NCBI GenBank assembly: GCA_963575745.1
Contig: CAUYUJ010000170.1
Span: 124,001 to 188,000, forward strand
Direction: 5' to 3'
Origin: Prorocentrum cordatum
Lineage: Eukaryota
Length of the DNA stretch: 64,000 nt
Under the pieces are notes generated by a model that worked only from the letters and a program-made list of their open reading frames with translations, did not search any database and was not told the origin of the DNA. A program made the position numbers and the translations under genes. Positions 1 through 12,540 of the stretch are shown here, piece by piece (position 1 is the first letter of the stretch; the number at the start of each line of letters is the position of its first letter).

Positions 1-2636
1 CATCAGGTCGCCATTCGGGCCCCCCCGCCCGGGCCCCCGAAGGCGCTCTTGGACAATCGGGCCCCACTGGCAGATGGCCGCTCGGGCCCCTCCCTCCGCT
101 GGATTCCTCCAGCTTCCTTTGAACCCATTCGAGCGCTTTGAACTTGCTACAGCTTCCGCGGGGTTCCTTTACATCCTTCGAGGTTCTTCTGGGTTCCTTT
201 GGCTCCCTGAGGGTTCCTGCACAGTGCACCGGATTCATTTTCATGCTTTGGGGTTCCTCGAGATTCCAGGTTCATCCGGGCACCGGATTCATTTTCATGC
301 TTTGGGGTTCCTCGAGATTCCAGGTTCATCCGGCGTCCTTTCAATTCTCCGATGATTCCTCAGGACTCCTTCCGATTCATGCAAAGTCTCTAGGATTCCT
401 CAAATGTCCAAAACATCCGAGGGTTTTGGGGGGACACCTCGGGGGTTCCAGATTCCACAGGAATCATTATGATTCCCGCGCATCCCTTAGGACTTCCCCA
501 GATTCCCCCAAACTTTCACAAACTCCTCAATCGACTCGAACACGTCGTACGGCCTCCTCATTTTAAGTTGGGGTACCACTGCCAAATAGCAATTCGCCCC
601 CCCCCACCCCCCCACCCTCTGGCTTCTCCCAACTTCCTCTGGGCTCCTCTGGGTGCCTTCAAATTTCTCGCCCCCCCAATGAGCATTGGACAGCGGGGCC
701 CCAGCATCAGGTCGCCATTCGGGCCCCCCCGCCCGGGCCCCCGAAGGCGCTCTTGGACAATCGGGCCCCACTGGCAGATGGCCGCTCGGGCCCCTCCCTC
801 CGCTGGATTCCTCCAGCTTCCTTTGAACCCATTCGAGCGCTTTGAACTTGCTACAGCTTCCGCGGGGTTCCTTTACATCCTTCGAGGTTCTTCTGGGTTC
901 CTTTGGCTCCCTGAGGGTTCCTGCACAGTGCACCGGATTCATTTTCATGCTTTGGGGTTCCTCGAGATTCCAGGTTCATCCGGCGTCCTTTCAATTCTCC
1001 GATGATTCCTCAGGACTCCTTCCGATTCATGCAAAGTCTCTAGGATTCCTCAAATGTCCAAAACATCCGAGGGTTTTGGGGGGACACCTCGGGGGTTCCA
1101 GATTCCACAGGAATCATTATGATTCCCGCGCATCCCTTAGGACTTCCCCAGATTCCCCCAAACTTTTACAAACTCCTCAATCGACTCGAACACGTCGTAC
1201 GGCCTCCTCATTTTAAGTTGGGGTACCACTGCCAAATAGCAATTCGCCCCCCCCCACCCCCCCACCCTCTGGCTTCTCCCAACTTCCTCTGGGCTCCTCT
1301 GGGTGCCTTCAAATTTCTCGCCCCCCCAATGAGCATTGGACAGCGGGGCCCCAGCATCAGGTCGCCATTCGGGCCCCCCCGCCCGGGCCCCCGAAGGCGC
1401 TCTTGGACAATCGGGCCCCACTGGCAGATGGCCGCTCGGGCCCCTCCCTCCGCTGGATTCCTCCAGCTTCCTTTGAACCCATTCGAGCGCTTTGAACTTG
1501 CTACAGCTTCCGCGGGGTTCCTTTACATCCTTCGAGGTTCTTCTGGGTTCCTTTGGCTCCCTGAGGGTTCCTGCACAGTGCACCGGATTCATTTTCATGC
1601 TTTGGGGTTCCTCGAGATTCCAGGTTCATCCGGCGTCCTTTCAATTCTCCGATGATTCCTCAGGACTCCTTCCGATTCATGCAAAGTCTCTAGGATTCCT
1701 CAAATGTCCAAAACATCCGAGGGTTTTGGGGGGACACCTCGGGGGTTCCAGATTCCACAGGAATCATTATGATTCCCGCGCATCCCTTAGGACTTCCCCA
1801 GATTCCCCCAAACTTTTACAAACTCCTCAATCGACTCGAACACGTCGTACGGCCTCCTCATTTTAAGTTGGGGTACCACTGCCAAATAGCAATTCGCCCC
1901 CCCCCACCCCCCCACCCTCTGGCTTCTCCCAACTTCCTCTGGGCTCCTCTGGGTGCCTTCAAATTTCTCGCCCCCCCAATGAGCATTGGACAGCGGGGCC
2001 CCAGCATCAGGTCGCCATTCGGGCCCCCCCGCCCGGGCCCCCGAAGGCGCTCTTGGACAATCGGGCCCCACTGGCAGATGGCCGCTCGGGCCCCTCCCTC
2101 CGCTGGATTCCTCCAGCTTCCTTTGAACCCATTCGAGCGCTTTGAACTTGCTACAGCTTCCGCGGGGTTCCTTTACATCCTTCGAGGTTCTTCTGGGTTC
2201 CTTTGGCTCCCTGAGGGTTCCTGCACAGTGCACCGGATTCATTTTCATGCTTGGGGTTCCTCGAGATTCCAGGTTCATCCGGCGTCCTTTCAATTCTCCG
2301 ATGATTCCTCAGGACTCCTTCCGATTCATGCAAAGTCTCTAGGATTCCTCAAATGTCCAAAACATCCGAGGGTTTTGGGGGGACACCTCGGGGGTTCCAG
2401 ATTCCACAGGAATCATTATGATTCCCGCGCATCCCTTAGGACTTCCCCAGATTCCCCCAAACTTTTACAAACTCCTCAATCGACTCGAACACGTCGTACG
2501 GCCTCCTCATTTTAAGTTGGGGTACCACTGCCAAATAGCAATTCGCCCCCCCCCACCCCCCCACCCTCTGGCTTCTCCCAACTTCCTCTGGGCTCCTCTG
2601 GGTGCCTTCAAATTTCTCGCCCCCCCAATGAGCATT
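1..2636. repeat. Near-perfect 650-bp tandem array (about 4 units, cut by the window start)
   Basis: CATCAGGTCGCC recurs at 1, 705, 1355 and 2005. Unit 1 has an internal 54-bp duplication and unit 4 has a 1-bp deletion near 2251. Confidence 0.97.
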
Positions 2637-2649
2637 TGACAGCGGGGCG

Positions 2650-3537
2650 TCACCGTCAGATGCGGCGGAGCTCCCTATGGGGCCACGAAACGTGTGAGGG
2701 GTGTGCCGCAATGGGGGTGGAACCGCATCCGGACGCAACCACTGGGGATGCCGAAATGGTGGCGGAACCGCATGCGAACGCAGCTATTGGGGCCTTCGGT
2801 GGAGCTCCCTATGAGGCAGCAACACCTGTGAGGGGTGTGCCGACATGGGGGCGGAACCGCATGCGAACTGCGCCACTGGGACCTTCGTTTTAGCTCCCTA
2901 TGGGGCCACGAAGCGCTGTACTGGGTGGGGGGGACGCATGCGAACTGCGCGCTGGGACCTTCGGTGGAGCTCCCTAGGGGACCACGAAACGCTGTAATGG
3001 GTGGAGGAAGACGCATGCGAACTGCGCCATTGGGACCTTCGGTGGAGCTCCCTCCTGGGCCACGAAACGCTGCACTGTGTGGGGGAAACGCATGCAAAGT
3101 GCGCCACTGGGACCTTTGGTGGAGCCCCCTCGTGGGACCACGAAACGTTGTACTTAGTGGGGGGACGCATGCGAACTGCGTCACAGGGACCTTCGGTGGA
3201 GCTCCCTATGGGGCCACGAAGCGCTTTACTGGGCGGGGGAGACACATGCGAACTGCGCACCTGGAACCTTCGGTGGAGCGCCCTCCAGGGAGGCACGAAA
3301 CGCTGCACTGGGCGGGGGAAAACGCATGCGAACTGCGCCACTGGGACCTTCGGTGGAGCTCCCTCTGGGGCCACGAAATGCTTTTCTGGGTGGGAGAGAC
3401 GCATGCGAACTGCGCCACTGGAACCTTCGGTGGAGCTCCCTCTGGGGCCACGCAGCGTTGTAGATGACGATTGTGATGATGATGCTGATGCTGATGATGA
3501 TGCTGATGCTGATGCTGATGCTGCTGATGATGCTGCT

Positions 3538-3568
<31 letters not shown>

Positions 3569-3660
3569 ATGATGCTGATGGTGGTGGTCATGGTGATGAT
3601 GATGGTGGTGGTGGAGGACGAACTCACAACTTCATATGGTTGGGCCCTTCGCTAGGCTAA
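2650..3660 (+). mobile_element. 3' part of a modular hairpin-headed element: GGAGCTCCCTATGGGGCCAC minisatellite, (GAT)n, then ATGGTTGGG plus a short hairpin
   Basis: Units of about 80-90 bp at 2660-3460, (GAT/GCT/GGT)n at 3464-3612, and the end ATGGTTGGGCCCTTCGCTAGGC, which is complementary to the head CCCAACCAT. Confidence 0.6.
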
Positions 3661-5406
3661 TTCCCAACCATCCTGTGGTGTTGGGTTCTTGTTTTGAAAA
3701 GACGGTCCCCGCGTTCCTCCCATCTTCTCCGCTCCTCCTCCCCTCCGTCCTCCTCCTCCCTCCTCCTTCCTCTCTGCGTTTCACCCACCCAGTACAACGC
3801 TTCGTGACCCCATAGGGAGCTCCACCGAAGGTCCCAGCGCTACCGTCCGCATGCGTCCCGCACACTCAGTACAGCGCTTCGTGACCCCATCCTCCTTCCT
3901 CCCTGCGTTTCACCCACCCAGTACAGCGCTTCGTGGCCCCATAGGGAGCTCCACCGAAGGTTCCAATGCTACCGTCCGCATGCGTCCCGCACACCCAGCA
4001 CAGCGCTTCGTGGCCCCATAGGCGCTTCGTGGCCCCATAGGGAGCCCCACCGAAGGTTCCAGTGCTACCGTCCGCGTGAGTCCCGCACACCCAGTACAGC
4101 GCTTCGTGGCCCCATAGGGATCCCCACCGAAGGTTCCAGTGCTACCGTCCGCATGCGTCCCGCACGCCCAATTTGGCCTTTTCGCCCACCCACTACAGCG
4201 CTCCGTGGCCCAAAGGGAGCTCCACTGAAGCTCCAAGTGGGACCGCCCGCATGCGTCCCGGAAACCCAATTTGGCATTTTCACCCACCCAGTACAACGCT
4301 CCGTGGCCCCAAAGGGAGCTCCACCGAAGCCCCAAGTGGGACCGCCCGCATGCGCCCCGGAAACCTCATTTGGCATTTTCACCACCCAGCACAGCGCTTC
4401 GTGGCCCCAAAAGGAGCTCCACCGAAGCCCCCAGTTGGACCGTCCGCATGCGTCCCAGAAACCCAATTCGGCATTTTCACCCACCCAGTATAACGCTTCG
4501 TGGTCCCATAGGGAGCTCCACCGAAGCCCCCAGTGGGACCGTCCGAATGCGTCCCGGAACCACAATTTGGCATTTTCACCCACCCAGTAAGCGTTTAGTG
4601 GCCCCATAGGGATCTCCACCGAAGCCCCCAGTGCTACCGCCCGCATGCGTTCCCCCCCATCCAGTGCAGCGCTTCGTAGCCCCGTAGGGAGCTTCACCGA
4701 AGCCCCCAGTGGGACCGCCCGCATGCGTCCCACACGCCCAATGTGGCATCCCACCCACCCACTACAGCGTTTCGTGGCCCCATATGGGAGCTCCACCGAC
4801 GGCCCCAGTGCTACCGCCCGCATGCGTTCCCCCCCGGGGCCACGAAACGTGGGGTGTGCCGAAATGCGTGCGGGGGACGCATGTGGACGGTGGCACTGGA
4901 GCCTTTCGGTGGAGCTCCCTTCGGGGCCACGAAACGTGTGAGGGGGGTGGCGAAATGGATGTGGGGGCGCATGTGGACGGTGGCACTGGGGCCTTCAGTG
5001 GGGCTCCTTACGAGGCCACGAAACGTGCAACGGAGGTGTCGAGATGGGCGTGAGGGACGCATGTGGACGGTGGCACTGGGGCCTTCGGTGGAGCTCCCTA
5101 TGGGGCCACGCAGCGTGTGAGGGGTGTGCTGAACTGGGTGTGGGGGACGCGTGTGGACGGTGGCACGGGGGCCTTCAGTGAAGCTCCCAGGGGCCAAGAA
5201 ACGTGTAGTGGGTGTGCCGAACGGGGTGTGGTGGACGCATGTGGACTGTGGCACTGGGGCCTTCGGTGGAGCCCCACGAACAGTGTGAGTGAGGGATGTG
5301 CCGCAATGGGTGACGATGATGGTGACGAATACAGCGATGATGATGACGATGCCGATGCCGATGACGATGACGACGACGATGATGATGTTGATGTTGATGC
5401 TGATGC

Positions 5407-5453
<47 letters not shown>

Positions 5454-5472
5454 GTGATGATAATGCTGATGA

Positions 5473-5504
<32 letters not shown>

Positions 5505-5550
5505 ATGGTGGTGATGATGGTGACGACGATGGCGATGGCGATGGCGATGG

Positions 5551-5586
<36 letters not shown>

Positions 5587-5589
5587 TGG

Positions 5590-5652
<63 letters not shown>

Positions 5653-5676
5653 CAACTATGCAGATGATAATGATGC

Positions 5677-5708
<32 letters not shown>

Positions 5709-5806
5709 GTCATGATGAGATAACGGGGAGGAGGCAGCGGAAGTGAGGTGACGCGGGGCGTTGCCTCTTCAAAACGAGGAGCCAACACCACAGGATGGTT
5801 GGGAAG
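3661..5806. mobile_element. Foldback-like composite: two inverted hairpin heads enclosing two oppositely oriented GGAGCTCC minisatellite arrays and a (GAT)n tract
   Basis: TTCCCAACCATCCTGTGGTGTTGG... at 3661 and its reverse complement ending at 5806; array orientation flips near 4835; (GAT)n at 5310-5716. Confidence 0.7.
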
Positions 5807-6094
5807 TAGCCTGGCGACGAATGCAACCATATGCAGTTGTGCAGTTGTGAATACCGCAAATGTGGGCATCGTCTCCCGTAGAGCTCCCTCTGGGGCCACG
5901 AAGCGCTGTACTGAGCGGGGGGAACGCATGCGAACTGCGCCACTGGGACCTTCGCTGGCGCCCCCTATGGGGCCACGGGACGCTGTAATGGGTGGGGGAG
6001 ACGCATACGAACTGCGCCACTGGCACCTTCGAAAAAGCTCCCTGTGGGGCCACGAAGCGCTCTACTGGGTGGGGGAGACGCATGCGAACTGCAT

Positions 6095-6612
6095 ATTCGT
6101 TTGGAAAATTTGCAGGAGTTTCACGGATTGAAGGGGGTGGTTTTCAAAATGTGGCTCTCGCCTGAGCGCCGCGCACATTCGTTTCAAAAATCCGCGAGAG
6201 TCTCACGGATTGAAGGCGGTTCCTTTTCAAACTGTGGCTCTCGCCTTAGCGTCGCGCATACTCTGTTTAAATGTTTGGTGGAGTTTCACGGATTCCCATG
6301 ATCAACATACCAAATAATGTTTTGGACGGATTCAGGGCTATGCGGGTGCAGTAGTTATGATGAGCCGCGGTGTTAAAATCCCTAAAATGGCGTTCTGGCA
6401 CGATTCCGGATCGTCAAGACGCAGCAGTCAGGTGTATCTGTGGCGTTGTAATCCCGAGAACAATGCTTTGGCATGCTTCAGGGTCTTCAGACGGTTGTCT
6501 TCCAACGAGGCAGCTCCTTCAATGGAAATGAACCGCTGTAGGGGCCTATGAAGAGGCAGCTTGGAGTGAGGGTCAATTCCAACATCGTTGATGACTCTTG
6601 GGTTTACACTAG
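6095..6612 (+). mobile_element. Dispersed family A copy (about 60-bp internal repeats, conserved tail ending CTAG, then (TCC)n), 5'-truncated
   Basis: CACGGATTGA...GCTCTCGCCTTAGCGCCGCGCACATTCG units; tail ...TTGGGTTTACACTAG|TCCTCC. Confidence 0.8.
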
Positions 6613-7789
6613 TCCTCCTCCTCTTCCTCTGGACCGCCCCTGTCTGGGTAGTGAATCCCTTGGCGCTCCCACCAGCCTCGCACGCCCGATCCCTCCCGCC
6701 GCTGCTGGGGGGGGCTGTAGGCGCTTCAGCCATGGGGCACTCGACGACGAGCCCCGGAGGCCGAAGTCAAGGAAAAACGCCGCGGATTGGAGGACACATG
6801 TCGCTGGAGATCTACACAGCCGTGACAAAGGTTCGTTCCATCGGCCCCGATGATGCAATCTCCAACCCCTCTGTCTATATCCCTTACATGGCATGATGAC
6901 TGCGTCATTCGGCGGAGTAGCTTCCGATCTGTATAATGCTCGTAACTCTGGCACCCCCAAACCAGACCGGAACCTACTCCGCGCCCCACCCGCTGAGGTA
7001 CCGAGCGGCATGCGCCCGCGCGCGGAGCAGGAGCAGCTCTGCTCCGAGCCGCTCCGCGCCGGTGCGCGATGGGCGGAGACGGACTGCGGTGAACTTTCGC
7101 CACGGTGAAGATAGGGGCAAAACAATCCTACCTCGCTTTCGGCCACCCTCGCTTCCAAGAGATACCGAGCGATGCCAAACCACGGCCTGTACTGGTCAGG
7201 CCGCTTGACGAGGAGGCGCGTGGTACGACTTGGTTTTGCCTGGAAGCGATAGCGGGGTCGGTAACTCATGCTCTGAGAAGAAGGAGGGCGCCCCCAACCC
7301 TAATGTGTTGTCCCTCTCCTCCTCCTCCTCGGGCCGCCTCTAAGTGGATGGCGACCCTCCCGCCGCCACCCGCCCCGTACGCCCGACTCCCCTGGCCGAC
7401 CCCGGGGGGGGGGGCTCGGTCGTTCCGGGCCCGCTGCGGGATGGGCCCCCTGGAGGCCGAGACTTGCAGCAGCAACGACGACAGCAGCAACAACAGCAGC
7501 AACACCAGCACCACCAACAACAGCAGCAGCAGCAACAACAACGACAATGAGTTTGCCCTCACGCGCGATGATTCCACACGAAGCATGCGACCATCATCAT
7601 AACCATCCACATCATGGGGGACTCATGTTCTATAGCTGGGTCCGTTAATCCCATTCCCAGATCTGCCGCCCAATGAGGTCTTGCGGAACACCTCCTCCGA
7701 GGAATTTCAACATATCCCGCCTCGAAAACACATGCCCGCGCCTTGCTGCGCCGATGCGAGACCGCCAGTGGAACCCCAGCGAAGGGTAA

Positions 7790-8680
7790 AGCACAAGGAA
7801 ATATCGAACGACAGGATTGCCTTGGTGGGGATGGGGGCTGTCGGCGGTGAGGCAAGGACCTGGCCCTGAATAGAAAAGGAGGAGGTCTCGAGCAGGGCTG
7901 CTGTTGTTGCTGGGAGCGGCGCCAATGCTGAAGAGAGTAGGGCGCTAGTCCAGCGTAAAACAAAACGAAGTCTCGAGCGGGAACGCTGGTTTTGTTTGGA
8001 CGGCGGCTTTCGGCGGCGACGAGGAACACCGCCTTGAGTAAGAAAGGAGGAAGCAACGAGCGGGAGCTGTGGTTTTGCCGGGACGGGGGCTGTCGGCGGC
8101 GAGGAACAGCACCGTCCCGAGGAAAAAGAAAGGAAATCTCGAGCGGGAGCGTTGTTCTTGCTGGGGGCGGCGCCAATTCAAAAGAGAGTAGGGCGCCAAT
8201 CCAGCGTAAAACAAAACGAAGTCTCGGGCGGGAGCGCTGGTTTTGTCGTGGCGGCGGCTTTCGGCGGCGAGGAGGAACGCCGCCTTGAGTAAGAAGGGAG
8301 GAAGCAGCGAGCGGGAGCCGTGGTTTTGTCGGAACGGGGGTTGTCGGCGGCAAGAACAGCGACGTCTTCAGGAAAAAAAGGAAGAAGCCTCGAGCGGGAA
8401 CGTTGTTGCTGCTGGGAGCGGCGCCAAATCAAAAGAGAGTAGAGCGCCAGCCCAGCGTAAAACGGAAAGAAGTCTCGGGCAGGAGCGCTGGTTTTGCCGG
8501 GGCGGCGGTTTTCGGCGGCGAGGAGGAGCACCGCCTTGAGAAAAAAAGGGAGGAAGCCTTGAGCGGGAGCGTTGTTTTTGCTGGGGGCGGCGCCGATGAG
8601 AGAAAGACTAGCGCGCAAGTCTAAGGTAAAACGGGAGAAGGTCTCGAGCGGGAGCGTTGTTGTTGTTGGGGGGCCGGTTT
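7790..8680. repeat. Minisatellite of about 84-bp units with a 251-bp higher-order period
   Basis: CTCGAGCGGGAGC-type anchor about every 84 bp; the best-matching units are at 7887, 8138 and 8389. Confidence 0.85.
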
Positions 8681-8869
8681 TGGCGGTCCCCCAAGCCCCT
8701 TGAGCGTGAGCCTCATTTTCAATGATAATGTAGCCGGTGCCTCGGCGAGAGCGCCAGGGCGCCTTTACGGGGTCCAACAATAATAGCTTAGTGGTTAACA
8801 CTCAACAACAACAGCAACAGCAAGAACAACAACAACACATGGAACCCCCTCTTCCTCCTCCCCCAACCC

Positions 8870-9783
8870 TTGTCCTTGTCAATGACTCCTCCCTGTCACA
8901 CCCCCGGACGCGTCGGTGGGGCGGGTCGGGCGTTTTGCCTGAATCTTGAATTTGAACCAGTTTCGAAGATCGAGGGTGGGCGGTTTTCAACATGTGGTTC
9001 TCGCCCCAGCGCCGCGCACGTTCGTCCCGGAAGTCCGCACCTGTTCCAATGATGGGGGGCGGCTGGGTTTCAAAATGTGGCTCTCGACCAAGCGACGCTC
9101 ACACTCCTCTAAAACATGTGCAACAGCTTCAAGGCAGGAGGGCGGGTGATTTTAAAAATGCTGCTGTCGCCTCAGCGCCGCGCATACTCATCTGGGAAAG
9201 CTTGCAGCAACTTCAAGAATGGAGGGCGGGTGGTGTTCAAACTGCGGCTCTCGCCTTAGCGCTGCGCACGTTCATCTTCAAACTCTGCAGCAGGTGATAG
9301 GGTGGATGGCGGTTCCTTTTCAAAATGGGGCTGTCGCCGTGGCACCACGCGCATTCGCAGCAACAGTCTGCAGCACTTTCAAAGTTTCGCATGGGTGAAG
9401 TCCCATGGACGGTGTCCACGCACGGTTCGGGATTGCCAGGGCGCAACAGTCACGGTGAATCGTGGTGCTGCCAGGACTGGCGTGCTGGCGCGGTTGAAGA
9501 TTACCATGACGCGATGGTCACTCTGGTTCGCCGTGTTGGTGTCTCTGGAATACTGTTTGTGCCACTGCTGGGGATTATGAGACGGGTGTCTTTCAACAGG
9601 GCACTTCCTGCAAATGCAAGGACCCATGGAGAGGGAATGTGGAGGGAGGGTTTATTGCAGCATCGCTAATGCGTCTTGGAGTTACTCTGGTCCTTTTTGA
9701 CGTAACTCGGGCTTGGTGTGCTGGCACAACACGTTCTGGTAGGAACCAAGACCGACTTGACGATGCGGTCAGAATTACCCTGG
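8870..9783 (+). mobile_element. Family A copy
   Basis: Head ACTCCTCCCTGTCACACCCC...GGGCGGGTCGGGCGTTT, about 60-bp units, tail ending CTGG|TCCTCC. Confidence 0.75.
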
Positions 9784-10162
9784 TCCTCCTCCTCCTCCTC
9801 CACCTCCTCCTCCTCCTTCTCTCAGCGTCGCCCTCCTCCCTCGGCTGCGTGCTGAAGAGAATGCCGACGGTGGAAACTCCCGCCGGGGCGGTGAGAGGCC
9901 TCTCCGCGGGCCCCTCCCCCGAACAAAAAGGGCAAGGAACGCGCTCGAACGCATCGATCCTCGGAGCTCGACGCTCGATCCTGGGAAGCCTGGACCAGCC
10001 GGGGAGGAGGATTTCACTGGATTTCGCTGCCCTGATCCCCACAGCTGTGCAACACGCACCGTGGCAACGAAACACAGCGTCTCCTACCCCAGGCCGTACA
10101 AGCGGAGGAGGAGGAGGCGGAAGAGGAGGAGGAGGAGGAGGAGGAGGAGGAGGAGGAGGAGG

Positions 10163-11360
10163 AGTCGAGCGTGCGGAGGGGGAGGCTCCAGGCTCCCGAC
10201 GGCCGCGCCCCGCGCGGCGCCAGCAGCCCCCGCGCCGCGCTTACCTGCTCACAGGTAGCGCGCCTGGAGGAGGATGCAGATCATCTCCTCGAACGTGAAC
10301 TGGAGGCTGATCGTGATCAGCGGCGGCTCCGCGGAGCCGAAATGGATGAAGTCCATAGGCATCTCCCACGCGATGCCGATCAGGTGCAGATGGTTGTCCG
10401 TGATCTGGAGCCGCCCCATCACGACGGCGGCGAAGGTGGGGCCGCAGCACGGGAGGCGGCTTCTTCATGGACCTCGTGGCCCTCAGTGCCGCCCTGGCGG
10501 CCGTCAGTGTGGCCTCCGCCGAGACGTGGTTCTCCTGCCTGAGGGCGTGGTACGCGAGGCAGGCAACTGCGATGGACTCGGCGCTCTCGTTGGACTGGTC
10601 GGTGAGGCCGAGCTTCGCGAACTCGGTGGAGAGGGCGGCCGCGCCGCATGCACGTCCCACAGCCTGCGCCAGTGGCGCGCAGACCAGGTAGTGGCGCATC
10701 TTGTCTTGGCCATTGGCGCAGCCGAAGATGCACGGGCGCCTACCGCACGGGTAGGCGATGCGGTAGGATGTGAGCCATGAAAAGGGCAGTGTCCTCATCC
10801 ACGCTGTCGCCCACGATGGGGGCAGTCTCTTCATGGCGGCCTGGATGTCTTGCATGATGGAGGGGTTGTGGAAGAAGAACTCGCCAGCGTGCGGGAGCTC
10901 CTTCACGATGCGGTCCTGCAGGAAGGGCCCGATGCGGTCGGGCCCGCTGGTGGCCAAGGCCGAGTCGAAGGCGTGCTTCTGCGCAAGGCCAGGCTGCTCG
11001 TTGGCGACAGCCGCCCGCGAGGCCTCGACCGCTGGCGCCACGATCTGGCGGGGGTAGTACACGTGGTCAGAGGTGGCCGACACGATCTGGTGCATCGTCT
11101 CCACGAAGGCCTGTGTCTTCCACCACGGCGGTGAGAGATGGAGAGCACCTCGCGCGGCGCCCCCGAGGGTCTGCTGGATGCCGTAGGAGTTCAAGCCCTC
11201 GTGCAGCCTCTCGCGGATCTCGGTGAACTTCTTGAATGTCGAGGTCGCCGCGCGGACGATCGTCGCAATCATGCTGAGCTGGAGCGACCTCGGTGCGGGA
11301 ACTCCCCAGTTCTTCAAGAAGGGCCAGTCCTTCAGTCTGAAGGCACCGTTCGGGAAGCGC
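10163..11360 (-). mobile_element. 5'-truncated non-LTR retrotransposon (LINE) 3' fragment: post-RT region with a C-terminal Cys/His knuckle, flanked by (CCT)n on both sides
   Basis: Open frame with high GC3 containing WLTSYR...CIFGC...DKMRHYLVC (W.T..R + C..C...H...C, typical of APE-type LINE C-termini). (GGA)n lies at 10104-10162 and 11361-11397 on the + strand. Confidence 0.8.
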
Positions 11361-11470
11361 AGGAGGAGGAGGAGGAGGAGGAGGAGGAGGAGGAGAAGGG
11401 GAACGAGGAGCAGAAGGAGGCCCCCACCCTTTCGGGCGCCCCCCTCCTTGGACGCCCCCCTCCTCCTCCG

Positions 11471-11687
11471 AGGCCTCCTGGATGGTGTCCGAGTGGATGG
11501 GGTCGGAGGATCTCGCCGCATCGCCGATGCATCGGCAATGCTCTGGCGACGTCGGCGCTGCATCGCCGACGTCGGCGCGGCGAAGATGGGGCCCCACATC
11601 GAGCCGCATCGCTGGTGCATCGCCGATGCATCGGCGATGCGGCGCGATCCTCCGACCCCATCTACTCCGACCCCATCTAGGAGGCCT
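11471..11687. mobile_element. MITE with about 60-bp imperfect TIRs
   Basis: AGGCCTCCTGGATGG...GGGTCGGAGGATC..CCGCATCGCCGATGCA versus its reverse complement at the right end; a related half copy lies near 34040-34105. Confidence 0.8.
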
Positions 11688-12347
11688 AGACCAGCCAGGG
11701 CCATGCAGCGAACCCGGGCGGACTACGAAGTTGCTCCCATACCTGGGTCGTCGGAGCGTCGGAGGAGGGGTGGATGGGGCGGCTTCGCACGAGGCGGCAG
11801 GGGGCCCTGCCTTGAAGAACAAACATATGTTGGGCGCATCTGTTGGCGTCCGCAGGCTTTCCGCCGCCTAGAGCTGTGAGAGGGAAGGTAACCCCTGGAT
11901 CCCATCGAGCGCGGGGCCCTGCCTGGAGCGCCTCGCGTGGTCCCCCCAAACGCGGGCCGACCACAGAAAGGATCCCAGAGGGCACCGGCTGACCCCCCGG
12001 TTGGCGCTGACCCCCAGTGCGTGTCACCGCGACCTCTTCCTCCCTCAAAACTCTTCGAACCTCCCTTCCTCCTCCTCCTCCTCCTCCTCCTCCTCCTCTT
12101 CCTCCTCCTCCTCCTCCTCATCCTCCTCCTCCTCTTCCTCCTCCCCGTCCTCCTCTTCCTCCTTCTGTCTCCCTCACCCTGTCTCCCTCGTCCTGTCTCT
12201 CTCTCACCTCCTATACCCCTCCTCCCGTTTCCCTCCTCCCGTCTCCCTCCTCGTCCTCCTCCCCCTCCTCCTCCTCCTCCCCCTCCTCCTCCTCAGCGTC
12301 CGCCTCGCCCTCCCTAATTCATCCCGTCGCCCACCGGGGCGGGGAAC

Positions 12348-12421
12348 CTCAGCCGCTTCACGCCCACCGCGACCGAGGCCTCCAGGCCGCGTATGAACGA
12401 TGGCGCGAACAGGCCCCAGTC
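12348..12421 (-). CDS. U2SURP: Internal exon E (DWGLFAPSFIRGLEASVAVGVKRL + 2 nt)
   Basis: 74 nt with acceptor ggcgag|GAC and GT donor AG|gttccc; completes the WEDW..F...F..GL motif. Confidence 0.85.
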
Positions 12422-12540
12422 CTCGCCGCGGCCGCAGGGCCGAGAGCAGGAGGACGACGAGCAAGAGGAGCAGGAGGAGCAGGAGGGGGAAGGGGGAGGA
12501 GGAGGGGGAAGGGGGAGGAGGAGGAGGAGGAGGACGAGGA

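Noticed and set aside
74..2639. Repeated 124-248 aa ORFs
   Set aside because: By-products of the 650-bp array, with no codon bias or recognisable motif.
4811..5929. Poly-Asp/Ile/Met/Ser ORFs (likewise 14996-16170, 24846-26264, 31569-33182, 34104-34967, 47860-48426)
   Set aside because: Translations of microsatellites.
10239..10247. Perfect CAG|GTAAG donor on the minus strand, as a possible next U2SURP exon end
   Set aside because: It lies in the LINE 3' region just after a stop codon, and no upstream acceptor gives an SR140-like peptide.
11361..11704. N-terminal 115 aa of the 487-aa ORF
   Set aside because: Derived from a MITE and a (CCT)n tract fused in frame to the truncated LINE; not a real N-terminus.
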